A DNA stretch of 57,724 bases from Chiloscyllium plagiosum (lineage: Eukaryota). Under the pieces are notes generated by a model. That model ran no database searches. It worked only from the letters and a program-made list of their open reading frames with translations, and was not told the DNA's origin. The first letter of the stretch is position 1. Each line of letters opens with the position of its first letter. The stretch covers positions 104,308,080 through 104,365,803 of the forward strand of contig NC_057717.1 in assembly GCF_004010195.1 (NCBI RefSeq). The letters run 5' to 3'. Shown piece by piece: positions 25,730-39,699 of the stretch. A program made the translations under genes and the position numbers.

Positions 25730-26770
25730 GTGGAATATCAATGTTGCTGGCTAGCCCAGCATTTATTGTCCATCCCTAATTGCCCCTTAAGATGTGGTGA
25801 GCTGCCTTCTTGAAGCACTTTGTACTGAAGGTAGACCCACAATGCCCTTGGATGTTCTAGGATTGACCCAGCAACACTGAAGGAATGGTGATAGATTGCC
25901 AAGTCAGGATGGTGAGTGGCTTAGAGGGGAACCTGCAGTTGGCAGCATTCCATAGCTATTGCCCTTGTTCTTCTAGATGGAAGTAGTCATGGTTTTGGAA
26001 GGTGCTGAGGATCTTTGAATTTCTGCAGTGCATCTTGTATATAGTACACTTGTTAGGAGGGTCACTGGAGGAGGAGTGGATGCTAATCAAGCAGGCTACC
26101 CCCATCCAGACAAGTGCAGAGTGTTCCATCACACTGACATGTCTGGGGAGTTGTTCATTGCAGGACTTCTAAACACTGACCTGCTTTTGTAGCCTCTTCA
26201 TAACAGGTTCAATTGAATCGCTGGTCAATAGTAACTCCCGAGGATGTTGATAGTGGAGGGGGGGGGGTGGTTAGTGGGAATACCATTGAATGTCAAGGGA
26301 CAGTGGTTAGATTGTCTAGCATTCGTGGTATATAAAAAAAAAAGGTGTTGTTACTTGCTAGTCCAATCTGACTATCATCTAGATCCTTTTGAATTTGAAA
26401 ATGGACTACTTCAGTAAATAAAAAAAAAGTGTTGCAAATGGAGCTGGACATTGAAGTCAGCAAACACACCCCCTACCTCTGACCTGATGGAGTGATAGAG
26501 AAGGCCATTGATGAAGTAGTTGAAAGTAGATGGGCCAAGGACACTGAGGAAGACCTGCAAAGGTGTCCTGGAACAGCAATGACTGACCTCCAACCACCAT
26601 CTTATTGTGACAGGTGTGACTCCAACCACAAGAGAGTTTGCCTCCAAAACCAATTCCAGTTGCACTAGGGCTCCTTGATGCCACCTGTTCAAAAGGTGGC
26701 CTTGATCAAGTACTGTCACCCAACTCTGGAGTTCAGCTCTTTTGTACAAGTCTGTAATGGAGTGGCCCTG
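25730..26770 (-). mobile_element. second CR1/L2-group LINE family, decayed
   Basis: VLDQGHLLNRWHQGALVQL resembles a degraded LDIxxAFDRVWH motif. The same 3' end recurs at ~200-345 (-) and ~1115-1400 (+). Confidence 0.7.
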
Positions 26771-29114
26771 GGAGGAGACAGGTTTGCAGATGCTGGAGAC
26801 CAGTAGTGTGTTGCTGGCAAAGCACAGGTCAGACAGCATCAGAGAAGTAGAAAAACACTTTCAGGCTAGAGCCCTCCATCAGGAATGAAACTGGGAGCCC
26901 TCGTAGGACCCAAGTAGAGTTAACGGAATGCTGGCCTGAAGGCCTATAGGATAGGAATGAGGATGTTATGCTGCAGGTCAGTCAAAAAAAACCATAAACA
27001 GGGTATACCTTGGAGTACTGAGTAGGGTTCTGTCACAACTTAGGGTGGATGGGTTGGTCCTGGATGGTATTCAAAAGGTTTACAAGGGTGATACCTGGAC
27101 TTAATATTCATGGTGAAGAGATATTGGACAAATGAGGCCTTTATTTCCTAGAATTGAGCATGTTAGGGGTGATCCATTGGATGATTGCGATATTTACAGG
27201 GAAAGCTAGCAAGGACCATTCCCACTAGAGGAAGATTGTAGAACCAGGGTCAAACTCAAGAATTAGGTCATTCAGAAAATGTTACGAAAGCACTTTGACA
27301 CAAAGCAGGGGCACACTCAGCAGATCTGGACAATATGTCTAGAGGAAAAAAAGTTAACATTCAATGAAAAGTTATTGCAGTGAAACATGGCCTCAATGCT
27401 GGAGAAACTGCCAGCATTTGTTCCAAAATTTAAAAAGTGGTCAGTTCATCCTGAATTTAGATATGTTACTGGATGCAAAACTAAATTCCTCAGATATTAA
27501 AGAGATTGTCTGACAGTATGAAAGAGGGAATTGGTTAAAATAAAAAAGGTAGTTTGAATGGGAGAGATGGTTGGAGCTAGTGACCTACACAAAATATCAG
27601 TAAAAAGAAAACCCAATCAGGGACTGAGCAAGCTGTCCAACCCGAGCTTGCTTGGTCATCCTAATCTCAGATTATGATCTGAGCTCGCTTTGCTGCTCGC
27701 CTTCTCTCCTACTCCAAATACAGGGGCACTTTGATCTTCCAGGATCAGAGGAGAATTCCAAGGCCAAAAGCAAGAAATTCCTCTTCCTCAAAAATTGGAG
27801 AGTCAGTGCTTTAAGGTGGGGAGCTGACTCAAATAAACAAAGTCATACAGCACAGTAACAGACCCTTTGGTCCAACCAGTCCATGCTGACCATAATCCCA
27901 AACTAGTCTTGCCTGCTCCTGGGCCATATCCCTATTAATGTACTTATCCAAGGTGTGTTTTTTTTTAAATTGTTTAACTGTACCCACATCCACCACTTCA
28001 TTTGGAGTATTTCAAGCTGATGGTCATTTCTACTGAAAAGAAGTAGTGAGCCAGAGCCTAGAGAGTGAAGGGTAAAAACAACTGGCATTAAGGGCCACTG
28101 AACCATCAACACCCAGACAGCCATGGCCCATCTCCCATTGATGGAGAAATGAGCACACAAAGCATTGACCGGGTTATGGAACACCAGAATACTGAACTAC
28201 TGACTGGTTAAGATCCATAACAACTAAGATCAGAAAAGTGGTGGATTTATCTACAATGCCCAACACTGACTAAAACAAGAGTTCAAAAAAGTAAACTATG
28301 ACCATTGGGCTATCAAGCTGTTAAGGAAGAGGTCACCACTTGCTTACTCAGGCCTGCTCAACCTTTTGAGAAAAACCATTGCATGGTCTGACCTCAACTC
28401 CACTTCCCAGGGAGAGCACTCCAGTCCAATTCTGGAGGTCTGTTAAGTGGCCAATACAGGCCACCACAAATGAAAGGTCTTGTGACCAGATGCTGGCTGG
28501 TCAGAGGAAATTGCAACTCGAACTATGAGCAGTGGAAGGTTTCAACTTTTCACCCTGTGACCCAAGGACTTATAGGTCTCACGTTCCATCTTTCAGGAAA
28601 AATCAGTTGAAGCATGCACTTTGGCCATCAATGGGGAGCCTAACCCTAGCATGGGACCTGGGAGTTGTAGGTGTTGAGCTACAAGCAGCTGTTGTTGGCT
28701 CCTTCAGTAGCTCAAATGTCCATCACCTAAACCAGGTTATTAGTAACAAACAATTGGCATTTAGACAAAGACGCCATTGAAAGTAAAACCCGCAAGAGTC
28801 TACATGGAGTCAATTCCACTTCTGCTGAATTGGCATATTAGGGATGAACAGGTCCCAGTTCTCAACAGGTAAAGCCCTAACAGTGGTTGAACAATCCACA
28901 TCAGAAAACTAGCAGGGTGGCAGCAGAATAAGAATGACAGTTGGACATCGCACTATCCCCTTGAAGGCTGAGGTTAGCTTTGATACAAAAACAAAACCCA
29001 GAATTTATTCTAGCTGTCATTATCTAAGTGATTGGAAAGCAGAGCACCAAAGTGAAGTAAATTGAAGTGACAATGATAGGGTTGTGTCCCAGGCACAGCC
29101 ACATACTCCGTTAC

Positions 29115-29187
29115 CTGGCTGATTTGCTTGGAGGTGGTCTCTCTGGTGCTGCAGTAAGTACCTTGGCAGGAACTGGCTTCTTGGAAA
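29115..29187 (-). CDS. PRR36: PRR36-like small coding exon (73 nt)
   Basis: ttctccctgcAG|TT TCC AAG...GCC AG|GTaac encodes VSKKPVPAKVLTAAPERPPPSKSAR. Phase 1 to 2 exactly bridges the flanking exons. Confidence 0.75.
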
Positions 29188-30411
29188 CTGCAGGGAGAAT
29201 AGTGGCACATCAACAGATTCACTCAGAACAATGTCTCCATTGGTTAGAGCTGATGCTGTATAAAAAAGGTTCACGCCCTCAATGGGTGAGGCAAGAGTGG
29301 TGTTGGTGTTAGAGACCATTACTGGTCAAGAACTTAGTGGGCAGGAATTTTAACGTGACATTTAGTAAGCTTGCAGGTAGTAACTCTAGTAACAAGACAA
29401 CAGAATTAGGGATTTGTTTGTTTAGGTTAAGATGATGAGGTCTAAACAAAAGATGGAGGGGTATTGACAATGTCCCTAGAGCATTAGCCTGGATCCAAGT
29501 CCCACCATGGTAACTGATGGTTTTATATTGAATTCCACATTTACACAGTTTGCCATGGTCACCAGTCATTCAGCAGTCATGGAAACTCCATTGGTTCGTT
29601 AGAGGTTTTTGGAAAGGAAATCTGCCATTTTTCACCTGGTCTGGCATACCTTCAGTTCTAGACCCACAGCAATGTGAATAATCCACCTAGAACAAGACAC
29701 TTCAAGAACAGTTTGGGATGGACAATAGAGTCATGCAAGAACTGAGGCATGAGGAGTTCAATCACAACAGTTGAAGCTACACAGGACAAGGTGTTCAACA
29801 AGATCAAGTAGTTCCAGCTTTTGGAATGGGCATTGGGGATGGAGGTGGTGATGGACACCAGTCTCCAGTTCCCTTCACAATACAGCTCACCCCATTGGGA
29901 GGGGAAATCCATTGTGTTTGATCTTTAATACCCCAGCAATCTCCAGGGTACTGAAGTTCTGGAACCTCAACACCAGAGCAGTCTCAAAATGAGATTATTC
30001 CCTAAACAAATACTCGAGTACCCACTTCAGCTCACCATCTACCCCTCACCACCCCCACCTCCAAACCCTATCCAGGGTGAAATATCTTGGCTCTAGTACC
30101 CATCTGATTCAGATGGGCCATCCAACCCAGAACTAACCTTGCCCTCCATTTGACTTTCACACACTAGAAAAGATCAAGGAGTGATACCGGTTTTAAAAAC
30201 TGTTCAGATGTGTCTGAATTTAATACCTGGGACTTGTATGCATTAAAAGTGGCTACAGCAATCACTTCAGTACAGTGATCAGAGGCTGAGCCCAGGTTAA
30301 GAAGCCATCAACTTTTACCCCATTAATTCCACACCACATAACCTTAAGGTTACCCCAGCTTAAAGTGAGAATATCCAGCTGTGCACTTGTGGCACTCTTG
30401 AGCCAGGAAAA

Positions 30412-31280
30412 AGTGAGGACTGCAGATGCTGGAGTACCAGAGTTGAAAAATGTGGTGCTGGAAAAACACAGCAGACCAGGCAGCAGAGGAGCAGGAGAAT
30501 TGACATTTCGGGCATAAGCCCTTCAGGAATGAGGCTGCATGCCAGGTGGGCTGAGATAAAAGGTGGAAGGTGGTGAGGATGAGAGGCTGGAGAGGGGGTG
30601 GGGGCAGAGAGGTCAGGAAGAAGATTGCAGGTCAAGAGAGCGGNNNNNNNNNNNNNNNNNNNNNNNNNNNNNNNNNNNNNNNNNNNNNNNNNNNNNNNNN
30701 NNNNNNNNNNNNNNNNNNNNNNNNNNNNNNNNNNNNNNNNNNNNNNNNNNNNNNNNNNNNNNNNNNNNNNNNNNNNNNNNNNNNNNNNNNNNNNNNNNNN
30801 NNNNNNNNNNNNNNNNNNNNNNNNNNNNNNNNNNNNNNNNNNNNNNNNNNNNNNNNNNNNNNNNNNNNNNNNNNNNNNNNNNNNNNGGGGGGGGGGGGGG
30901 GGGGGGGGAGAAAAAAAAGGGGAAGGTGAACCTGACGAGGGAGTCTTCTCTCCGGAACATTGATGGGGTGGGGAAGGAAATTTATCCTTGGTGGTGGAGT
31001 CTGTTTGGAGGTGGCGGAAATAACGGAGGATGATACGATGTATCCGGAGGTTGGTGGGGTGGAAGGTGAGGACCAGTGGGGTTCTGTCCTGGTGGCAATT
31101 GGAGGGGCAGGGTTCAAGGGCAGAGGTGCAGGAAGTGAAGGAGATGCAGTGGAGAGCGATTATGGAGGGGAAATTGCGGTCTTTGTAGGAGGCCATTTGT
31201 GTTGTTCGGTAGTGGAATTGGTCCTCCAGGAGCAGATGTGGCAGAGGCGAAGGAATTGGGAATATGGGATGGTGTTTTTT
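30412..31280 (-). mobile_element. Penelope-like element, 3' part with terminal repeat (spans N gap)
   Basis: IPYSQFLRLCHICS and DRTPLVLTFHPTNL show the same family as 3675-4157. Its 3' end (30412-30530) is the short repeat dispersed through the window. Confidence 0.85.
30644..30886. other. assembly gap (243 N)
   Basis: Run of N inside a PLE, next to a poly-G tract. Confidence 1.
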
Positions 31281-34200
31281 TTATATAATAACACAGGGGG
31301 CAGGGTGGGAGGAGGTGGTGTACTCTTGAGCCAAGCAGACAGTTCAAATCCCACTGGCTCCAGTTGGATAGGCCATATTTCTAAGACAGATATCTAGGCT
31401 GTGGTCACCAGGAATCCCCACCAAACCAAGCACTGCTTAATAATGACAGCACTGCTGTACTATTATTCCTCTACTCCAGAGCTGGAAGTCTCAATGTCAA
31501 AGTGGACCAACCAAATCCAACTCCTTTTGAAGTAGGAGTCATGAGGCAATTGGATCCCATATGCTTTCATCACCTGCATAACCCATTGTAACTTTCCTTC
31601 TGGCATCCCAGAAGAGATTCTTGCAACCAGTGGTGGTCCTCAGTGATCCAGCAATAATCTGGATCAAGTCAGGTTCCTAGAATGAACAGCACACTGGAGG
31701 GAAAGCCATCAGATTAGGAATCCTCAACTCCCAGAAGCAAACATTTGGCCAGTTAAGAACACGTGTTGTCAGAAAACCCAACATAACTGCATAAGTTCAC
31801 CAAGACAGCACCTTTTAAATCCACAGCCACTTGTACAACAAGGTCAGTAGGTTGACAGGAACACCTTGTCCAAGCTCCCCTTCAAGCCCCTCAGCATCCT
31901 GGCTTGGAAATCTCACTATTCCAGGGTCAGAATCCAGGAATTCCTTGTTCACCAGCATTGTGGCTCCAATTACATCCTGCAGACTCAAGGCAGGGAACCC
32001 TAACCTTCCAAATAGGGTAGAACTCAATGCTGACCCAGTGACACCCACATTTGTGGATAATTGTCAGGGGGCTTATGGGAACAGGAGGTTGTGACAAAAA
32101 GTGACAACTAAGCAAGTGAAATGACATGTTAATCTAAAGTGCTAAGGTGGGCATTAGAGTATACTTTAAACAAGGGCACATTCGTCTTGCAAGCACAGGG
32201 GAGGTGGGGGTGGTGCAGTTTGCAAGGGAAAGATAAGCTGAAGCACTCCCAGTTAGACTAGGAAACAACCCTTTCACAATGCTGCCAAGCCACAACAGGC
32301 TGATCCTTGTGTAAGTGTCAGAATCACAGCAAGCGCTGACACCTCTTGCTGATCTGTTGTGTACCAGTATCCAGCTGTGCAGCAGGCACTGTCATTCATC
32401 ATAGAAAGGCATATGGTGTCCAAATCCATCCCTACTCCCACCTCAAGCCTTCACCAGCAAGTGAGGCTTCCATTTGCTAACTTGATTCAGATCCAAGTGC
32501 ATAACAAGGATTATAAATCCATTCTGTAGTCTTTGCAGACGAAAGATTGGAATTTGGACATCTCAGCTTCTGTACAGGAAATGAAGCAGCATTTCCTAGT
32601 TATGCAAGTAATTGTTTATGCCCACTTGAAGCACCAAATCTGACAACTCAGACCCTTGTTGTTATACCCTAGATGGTGCTCTTTCCCCACTGCACCCTGA
32701 CAGCAGCTGCCTCAAGCTTTAGCGGCTCTCAGCATATGGTCCTGGACCTTGGGATGTACCAGCCATTTAACCAAAACCAAGTGAAGCAACTAGTCATTTT
32801 GTAGACCTCAAATTCTGAGGTATGAGTGTTAAAGACAAATCCAAGCCAAAAACTTTGTTTCTACAGGATTACTACAAGCCATTCGATGCAATGTTTTATC
32901 CCCTCTACATTCCCTTTACAAATGTAAAGGATGTTCCCAAACAGGTACTGAAACCCAATGGGGTCCTGTTGATAATAACATGCAAAGGATGAGGAGTTGA
33001 AAACCCAGTGATCCCAAAGACTGAGTGCGTGTAAAATATGAACACCACCTTTCAGACAGGCCATTAGGATACCCACTGGTGACTGAAACTGTAGGGTTCA
33101 GTCAGCAACAGTTGACCAGCACAGGGTGGGGAAGAGTTCAGTTTTAGCAAATGATCACAATCCAAAAACCTTAAGTGATTTCCCCCTCAGATGCTGCCAA
33201 ACCTGAGCTTTTCCAGCAATTCATTTTTGGATGCTGCAAATTAGAAACAGTGTTATCATATTGCCTTTTGACAACTCAGGGATTAGTTAAAGAGTTTAAA
33301 AGATAACATTTAAGATGAAGTTTAAGAGATGAGCCAACTGCAGGGCCAAGCTCAGGAAAGTCCACCAGGAATCTCAATCCTTGTTTTAAACTGGCTCCAA
33401 GGAATTACTCAATTCTTTCCACGAGAGCTTGGAATTCAACCACAACAAGTTGAACATATCTCCCACACCTTTCTGTGGGATCTCCCTTAAAATTGATCAC
33501 ATTGATGTGCCACCTGAAAGTGAACATAAGATATTTCAACCTATGCCATAATGGATTTAAAAAGCTGTTTGCAATATTGTCAGTAAGTTGGAGAGACTCA
33601 TTAAAGCAGAATTTTAGACCATTACCAGCTCAGGTTTTATTCCATCACTTTGATATGTTAAATCTGATAATCCACTGCCCAAACTAAGCTAAATACATAA
33701 AGAAAGTCTTCACACAATTAGAAGATCAAGTCTCTACTTAACTCTCGTCAAGAACTTTGACGATTGTGCGCCTGTCCTGATACTGTCTGTGCAGAAAAGT
33801 TGGTGGGTGAGAGAAACAAGGAGGATTCAAATACAAATATAGTATCTCCCTCACCCCAGCCCCATTCAGTACATCTCATGTCCACCTAGATAAATTTGTC
33901 ACCTTGACAAAATATTCAAGCACTTCCACTACCTGAAGGAGGCATTCCAAACATTCAGTGGGGCGCAGGGTGGAAGAGGTGAAGCTCCAGAGGGGAGCTG
34001 TGGATTTTTAAAAACTGGTCTTGGTGGGGGGGGGGGTGGGAGGAAGAAACATTCTCTCCACATCCACCTTGTGAAAGCCACTCAGGAATGCTATTTTAAA
34101 TCAAGTTGCCTCACCTGAACTCCAGCAGTTACTATCAAAGAGTTAGAAGCTAGGCCATTCCATCCATTGAATTGCAGACCAGACTCACTCAATCATGGCT

Positions 34201-35311
34201 GGTAAGTTTCTCAACCCTGATCCTAGTATGTGCAACCTTGTCTCAAGCCTGCCCCATTCCTGGAGCAGTGTGGTAGATGAAACTTTGGTTTCAAACCACC
34301 ATGCTCAGTTTAAATAAGGAAATTGGACTAGAGGGATGGGGGAGAATTGACTGGAAAGGAAGTTAGCAGAAGAGACAGTGAGGAACAGTGGCATCCATTT
34401 ATGAAATTAGTTCATGGTCCAATAGTTTTGATCATTGCTAATAAGGGAATCAAACTATGTTGTCTTTGTTAGATGCATCTGGGTCTGGGGGTCCACCTCC
34501 TTACTTGGACTCTGGGGTCTTAGTGTCATTGGACCACCACTTGCAAAAAGCCAACCTTCCAAGTTGGACATTAAGGCCACTGCCTGAGAAACAAAGTGAC
34601 TCTGCAAAGCCATGTCCTGAGGGCCAGGCCAGGCTGCAAGGATCAGACCCAGCAATCAGGGTACTGCTTTTCATTCTACCCAGCCAGAGTTTCACGTTTC
34701 CCTGCAGAGATGAAGCCAGTGGGTTCAATTTAACCAAAAAGGTAGTGGCAAAAACTGGAAGTCATTGCAGAATGCCAGAAGACAGCCAGTGCACAAATTG
34801 TACAGAAATCCTCATTTAAAAAGTGGGAGAAGTAGCAGAGTTAGAGAAAGCAAATAAACACCGCTTCCCTTCAAGTAGCTGGCCACCAGGTGGAATCTGT
34901 TTAACACCCTCTTCAGGGAGAAGGGCCAAAAAAAAAATTGCCTGGGTTGACAAGTCAGGCAAAAAAAAAAGTTAAGTTATAGTTCACCATTGGACTCAAC
35001 TTCAAGTTCAATTTGAAGCATTGTGTAGGATGTGGGCACTATTGCCAAAACCAGCATTTATTGCCCACCCAGCAGTTAATCACCACATTCTGTGACTAGA
35101 GATTCACAGCACTGAATTGGGCAAGGACAGCAGATTTCCTTCCCATAAAGAGGATCAGTGAAGATGGGCTTTCACAAGTAGTCACTTGGTCAGGATTAGA
35201 CTAGATTTTAATTCCAGGTCAGAGGGGTACACTGCTGTGCATGCCCAGAGATCCCTGCAAAAATAGGACAAGACCGATTGGCATGGGCTAGTTTGAACTA
35301 GTGGGCAAAAC

Positions 35312-35523
35312 AGACTGCAAATGCTGGAAATCCGTAGATTAGAGTGGTGCTGGAAAAGCTCAGCATGTCAGGCAGCATCTGAGGAGCAGGGAAAGAAAAA
35401 AAAAGACAACTTTTGGGCAAAAGTCTTCAGTCCTGAAGGGCTTTTGCCAGAAGTGTCTTTTTTTCTTGCTCCTCAGATGCTGCCTGACCAGCTGCTGTGC
35501 TTTTCTAGCACCATTCTAATCTA
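35312..35523. mobile_element. fold-back short PLE-derived element
   Basis: tagattagagtggtgctggaaaagc ... gcttttctagcaccattctaatcta inverted arms, axis at cttcag|tc|ctgaaggg. Confidence 0.75.
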
Positions 35524-36239
35524 ATTTGGACCAAATTGGCCTGCCTTCATGCTGTAGGAAATGGAAAAGGTGGTTTAGACATAGGATGCTCATTCTGCAA
35601 ATACAAAAAAGGAGCAAACAGGCAAGTTATTCTGGAATTATGTAGAATACTAAATCAAGTCACAGCTAGGGGTGGTTTGCATGCAGTTCTGGTCACCCCA
35701 TTATAGAAGGGGGTGACTGCACTCGAGGGTGTGGGGCAGATTTACCAGGATACTGCCTGAACTGGAGGGTCTGAGCTGCCAGGAATGATTGGATAGGCTG
35801 CAATTATTCTTGAAGGAATAAAGATTAGGAGGGGACTGATGGAGATGTGCATGACTTAGGCACAGAAAAGCACTGTTCACAGCAGGGATGTGAATAACCA
35901 AGCAGCATTAGATTTTTAAAAATGCAGGTGGAAAGCTTCAAGGGAATTAAAGCAATCTTTTCCAACGTGGGAGGCTAGGACTTCCTACTGGAAAAGTCAG
36001 AACTTGGCATTCAGCAGAATTTTGATGATCACAAATTACCATAACATCCAGAACTGGGGACCAGGAGCTGGTAAAGTGTGGTTACTGTCATCTAGGCAGG
36101 TCTTTGACCAGCATGGACTAATGGGTCAAATGGCCTTTTGTGCCAAGGGACAGAGCAACTGTGCAACAGAAACATTAGCACAGTTGGTGACAAAACACTA
36201 CTGAAAAAGAAATATTGCATCAACAATTTCATGGAATCC

Positions 36240-36482
36240 CAGTGTGCAAACAGGTCCACATTTACCCTAGAGTGTCTTCCCTAAGACCCATTCTTCTACC
36301 CTATTTACACCTGATTAATGCACACTGGGCAATTCAGCATGGCCAATCCACTTAATCTGCACATGTTTCCTCCCACACAGTGGGAAGAGCAGGGAAGGAT
36401 GTGCAAATTGCACACAGACAGTTGCCCCAAGTGTGGAAGCAGAGCCAGGTCCCTGGCACTATGATGCAGCTATGCTAACAGC
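36240..36482 (-). mobile_element. HE1-type SINE (diverged)
   Basis: gggcaattcagcatggccaatccac...tgtgcaaattgcacacagacag... Confidence 0.65.
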
Positions 36483-36529
36483 TACTGGAGAGAGGGTTCT
36501 AGCATTACGCACAAAAAAGATACAGCCTA

Positions 36530-37100
36530 ATTTGGGACAGTCAGCATGGCTTTATACAGGGAAGGTCATGTCTTACTAACTTGGTTAAATTGCGAGGTGA
36601 TGGTGATCAGGGGATGACATTTACATTGATTTTGGTAAGGTAGGGATAAGGTCCCTCATCATGAGCTCATCCAGAAGATTAAGATGCATGGGATCCATGG
36701 TGACTTGGCTGTATGATTCAAAATTTGCTTGCCTGCTGAAGCCAGGGTGGGGTAGTGGTGGAAAGGTGTTTTGCAGGCTGAAGGTCAGTGACAAGTGGAG
36801 TGCTGCAGGGATCAGTACTCAGATATTTATATAAAGTGACTTGGATGAAATTGTAGCTGGTTGGGGGATAGCAAGTTTACTGAGATTTATTTTCCACTGA
36901 AAAGTGGTAGGATCTGGAACAGTACCACAGGGGGTGGTAGTATATATGATAGGGGCATTCAAGGGGATTTTTTTTTTTTAAATATGCAAGAAATGGAGGG
37001 ATATGGATGAAGAGCAGGCAGAGGGGATTAGTTTCATTTGCCACCATGTTTGGTACAACATCACTGGACCAAAAAAAGTCTGTTCTTGTGCTGTACTAAT
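36530..37100 (+). mobile_element. CR1 LINE RT fragment
   Basis: QHGFIQGRSCLTNL, DKVPH and SGVLQGSVL remnants. Confidence 0.75.
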
Positions 37101-37111
37101 CTAAAAATAAA

Positions 37112-37288
37112 AATGTGTTGCTGGAAAAGTGCAGGTCAGGCAGCAAAGGAGAAGGAGAATCGATGTTTTAGGCATAAGCCTTTATGCCTGAAATGCAGAT
37201 TCTCCTTGGATGCCACCTGACCTGCTGCATTTTTCCAGCAACACATTAAGCTCTGATGCCCAGCATCTGCAGTCCTCACTTTCTCCTA
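37112..37288. mobile_element. fold-back short PLE-derived element
   Basis: aatgtgttgctggaaaag ... tttttccagcaacacatt inverted arms. Confidence 0.75.
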
Positions 37289-37494
37289 TTCTAAGAAAAT
37301 CCCAAGATCTGATAAGATGAAAGAAACTGAGAATCCATCATTCAGTCAACATTCAGATAAAAGACAGCACCTTTATTTTAACAAAAAAACTATAATGGAG
37401 TGGAGGGGGGTGTACAACAAATGACTTGGACTGGTGACTGACAGAATTTATTCTGAATAGAGGGGAGAGAACAGTGATATAGTAGTTGACCCAC

Positions 37495-37975
37495 CTGTGG
37501 GGTTGGGCTGCAGAGTTGGATTCTTCACCTTAGCAACAGCATTGGGCATGGGCAACAGCTTGCTCGGTCCTCCAGCCTTCCTCAAAATCAGGTCACCATT
37601 TCCACTTCCAGTATATGCCCCACTCAGTTCCTTTGTGGCCTTGTCCCTGGCTGCCATTTTCTTCTCCATGATTTTAGCATGGGATGATGTGCCAGATCCC
37701 AGTGAGGTGTGTGTTGCTGTGACTCTTGGCCCTTGCTCAATGCTCTTTTTACTGCCACTGGGCAATCTGTGCGGTGTGGAAGCTGGCCTATTGGAAATTG
37801 GTTGCCTATTTCCCTTGTTGCCAACCTTGGCCTGAATTTCATTGGGCAGCTTCACACCAGGCTTTGTCAGTCTGCTCTTTGGCTTGTTCAATGAGCCTTG
37901 GGCCACTGCTACACGACCTTCCTCCTTCACTGCTTGGTTGGAAGTGCTTGGCATGTCACAGCCCTCAGAGTCCAT
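37495..37975 (-). CDS. PRR36: PRR36-like first coding exon
   Basis: Acceptor ccttctctAG 9 nt before a strong Kozak gcaccATGG. Encodes Lys/Pro/Ser-rich MDSEGCDMPSTS...; donor ACA G|GTgggt, phase 1. Confidence 0.78.
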
Positions 37976-39699
37976 GGTGCCTTGCTAGAGAAGGTGGAGA
38001 ACAGGGTAGCCGTCAACTAGACTCCAGGAGGAGAAAGGCACACTGTCAGAAGGGAAGAACAGTACAATTAAGAACTCCACGATGAACAAAACATTCAAAA
38101 GTCACCCTGCAGTTTCCTTTTTATAGATTAGCAAAAGGTTCCTAGAGTGTGGATTCTGACACCTATGTTTGACTTGACCCCATTAGATCAGACCAATCAC
38201 TACCAACTGATAGGTATTTGGATTCTAAAGTGACCCTTCACATTGTGGAAACAGGCCACTCAGCCCACTGAGTTCGCACTGACCCTCCAAAGAAAAAAGG
38301 TCACCCAGATGTACCCAAAAGGTATAGGTTTAAGGTGAGTAGAAAGATTAACGATCCAAGGGGTGGTGTGTATGGAACATGCTGCCAGAGGCTGGTACAA
38401 TTACAACCTTTAAGACATCTGGATGGGTATATGAATAGGAAGGGTTTAGAGGGATATGGGCCAAATGGGAACATTATTAATTCAGGAAATCTGGTCAGCA
38501 GGGATTGACTGGACAAAAAAAAGGTTTCTGCAATACAATGGTGTATGAGAATATTCAAAACCAGTCAGGGCCCCTTCTCTCTGGATGGTGCACCTCAAAA
38601 TAGGTGAAGGATTGAACCATAGGTCCACAGAACATTTACCTGGGTCTCTTGGGTTATGGCATAGTCTGGTGAGAACATCACTGTCACCTTCCTGGTGGAA
38701 GGCAGAATTTAGAAAGAGGAACTTGAAGTGGTAAAGAAAGGAGGTGACACCAGCAAGGCATTTGTACCCAGCTGATGAGCCGAAATGAGCATTGTTGAAG
38801 GTATTGGAATTGTTGGCATAGTAGGCCAAAGCAAAAACAAATTCAGAAGTGCAAGGCACATTGTGTACAGGAACATAGTTCACTCCAGACTTTGTGCATA
38901 ATAGAACTATATATAGTGAGAGCCACTAACACAAGATTAAGGAATTGCAGTTTTTTGGACAGGAGTTAGTCAGCACTGTACAGTGAGCTGGCCTGCTATG
39001 CAAGGAGTGGGTTTAATTCCCACAGCAGCTGGGGTGGAGAAGGACCCTCTTTAAGCTCTCCCCTGATCAGAACCCCCTCTGGTTAAAGTCCCAGCAGCTG
39101 TCTCTAGTGAGAGCAACCAGATGATCCATTAAGGCTACAGCTGCTTTACCTGTTTTTAATACCTGTATTGAAAACAAATCACTAAGCTTGTGAGCTACAA
39201 CTCAGCAAAGTTGGGTTTATGCTTCATGGTGATAAAGATCAGTTCTTGTTACATATGAAAAAAGACAATCTGTAGGAGGTCTGAATATCAGATAACACCT
39301 CCCATGACAAAATAATATCAGCTTTTACATTAGATGTTTACAGCTAAGTCAGGTATAGTATTAGAGCTTCTCAATTACAATAAAGGACAACTGGGTCACT
39401 GATTTGACTTAAATGGTAGAGTCCAGAGAGTCAGACCTTTATACTCAGGTCATGAGCAGAATGGTAACAGTCGACGGCCTCACAGGTGGTGATCTGACCA
39501 TGACAATTTACCCCTTCAGGCTCCAACTGCTTCAGACACCACTATACCTGCTCTCAGTCCCCTTCCAAAAAAACACTGAGGCCACCAGCCATTGTCACAA
39601 CTTTCAAGCATTAAGTTGAGAGATGAGGGAGGGGTGGAGACAACCCAAAGACTGACCAGGAACCAAGAGACAGTGATGGTGAAGAGGGTTGATGTGGGC

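Noticed and set aside
38482..38883. 133-aa minus-strand ORF in the putative first intron
   Set aside because: No recognisable motif, non-ATG start, no supported splice sites, and it ends in a CR1 tail.
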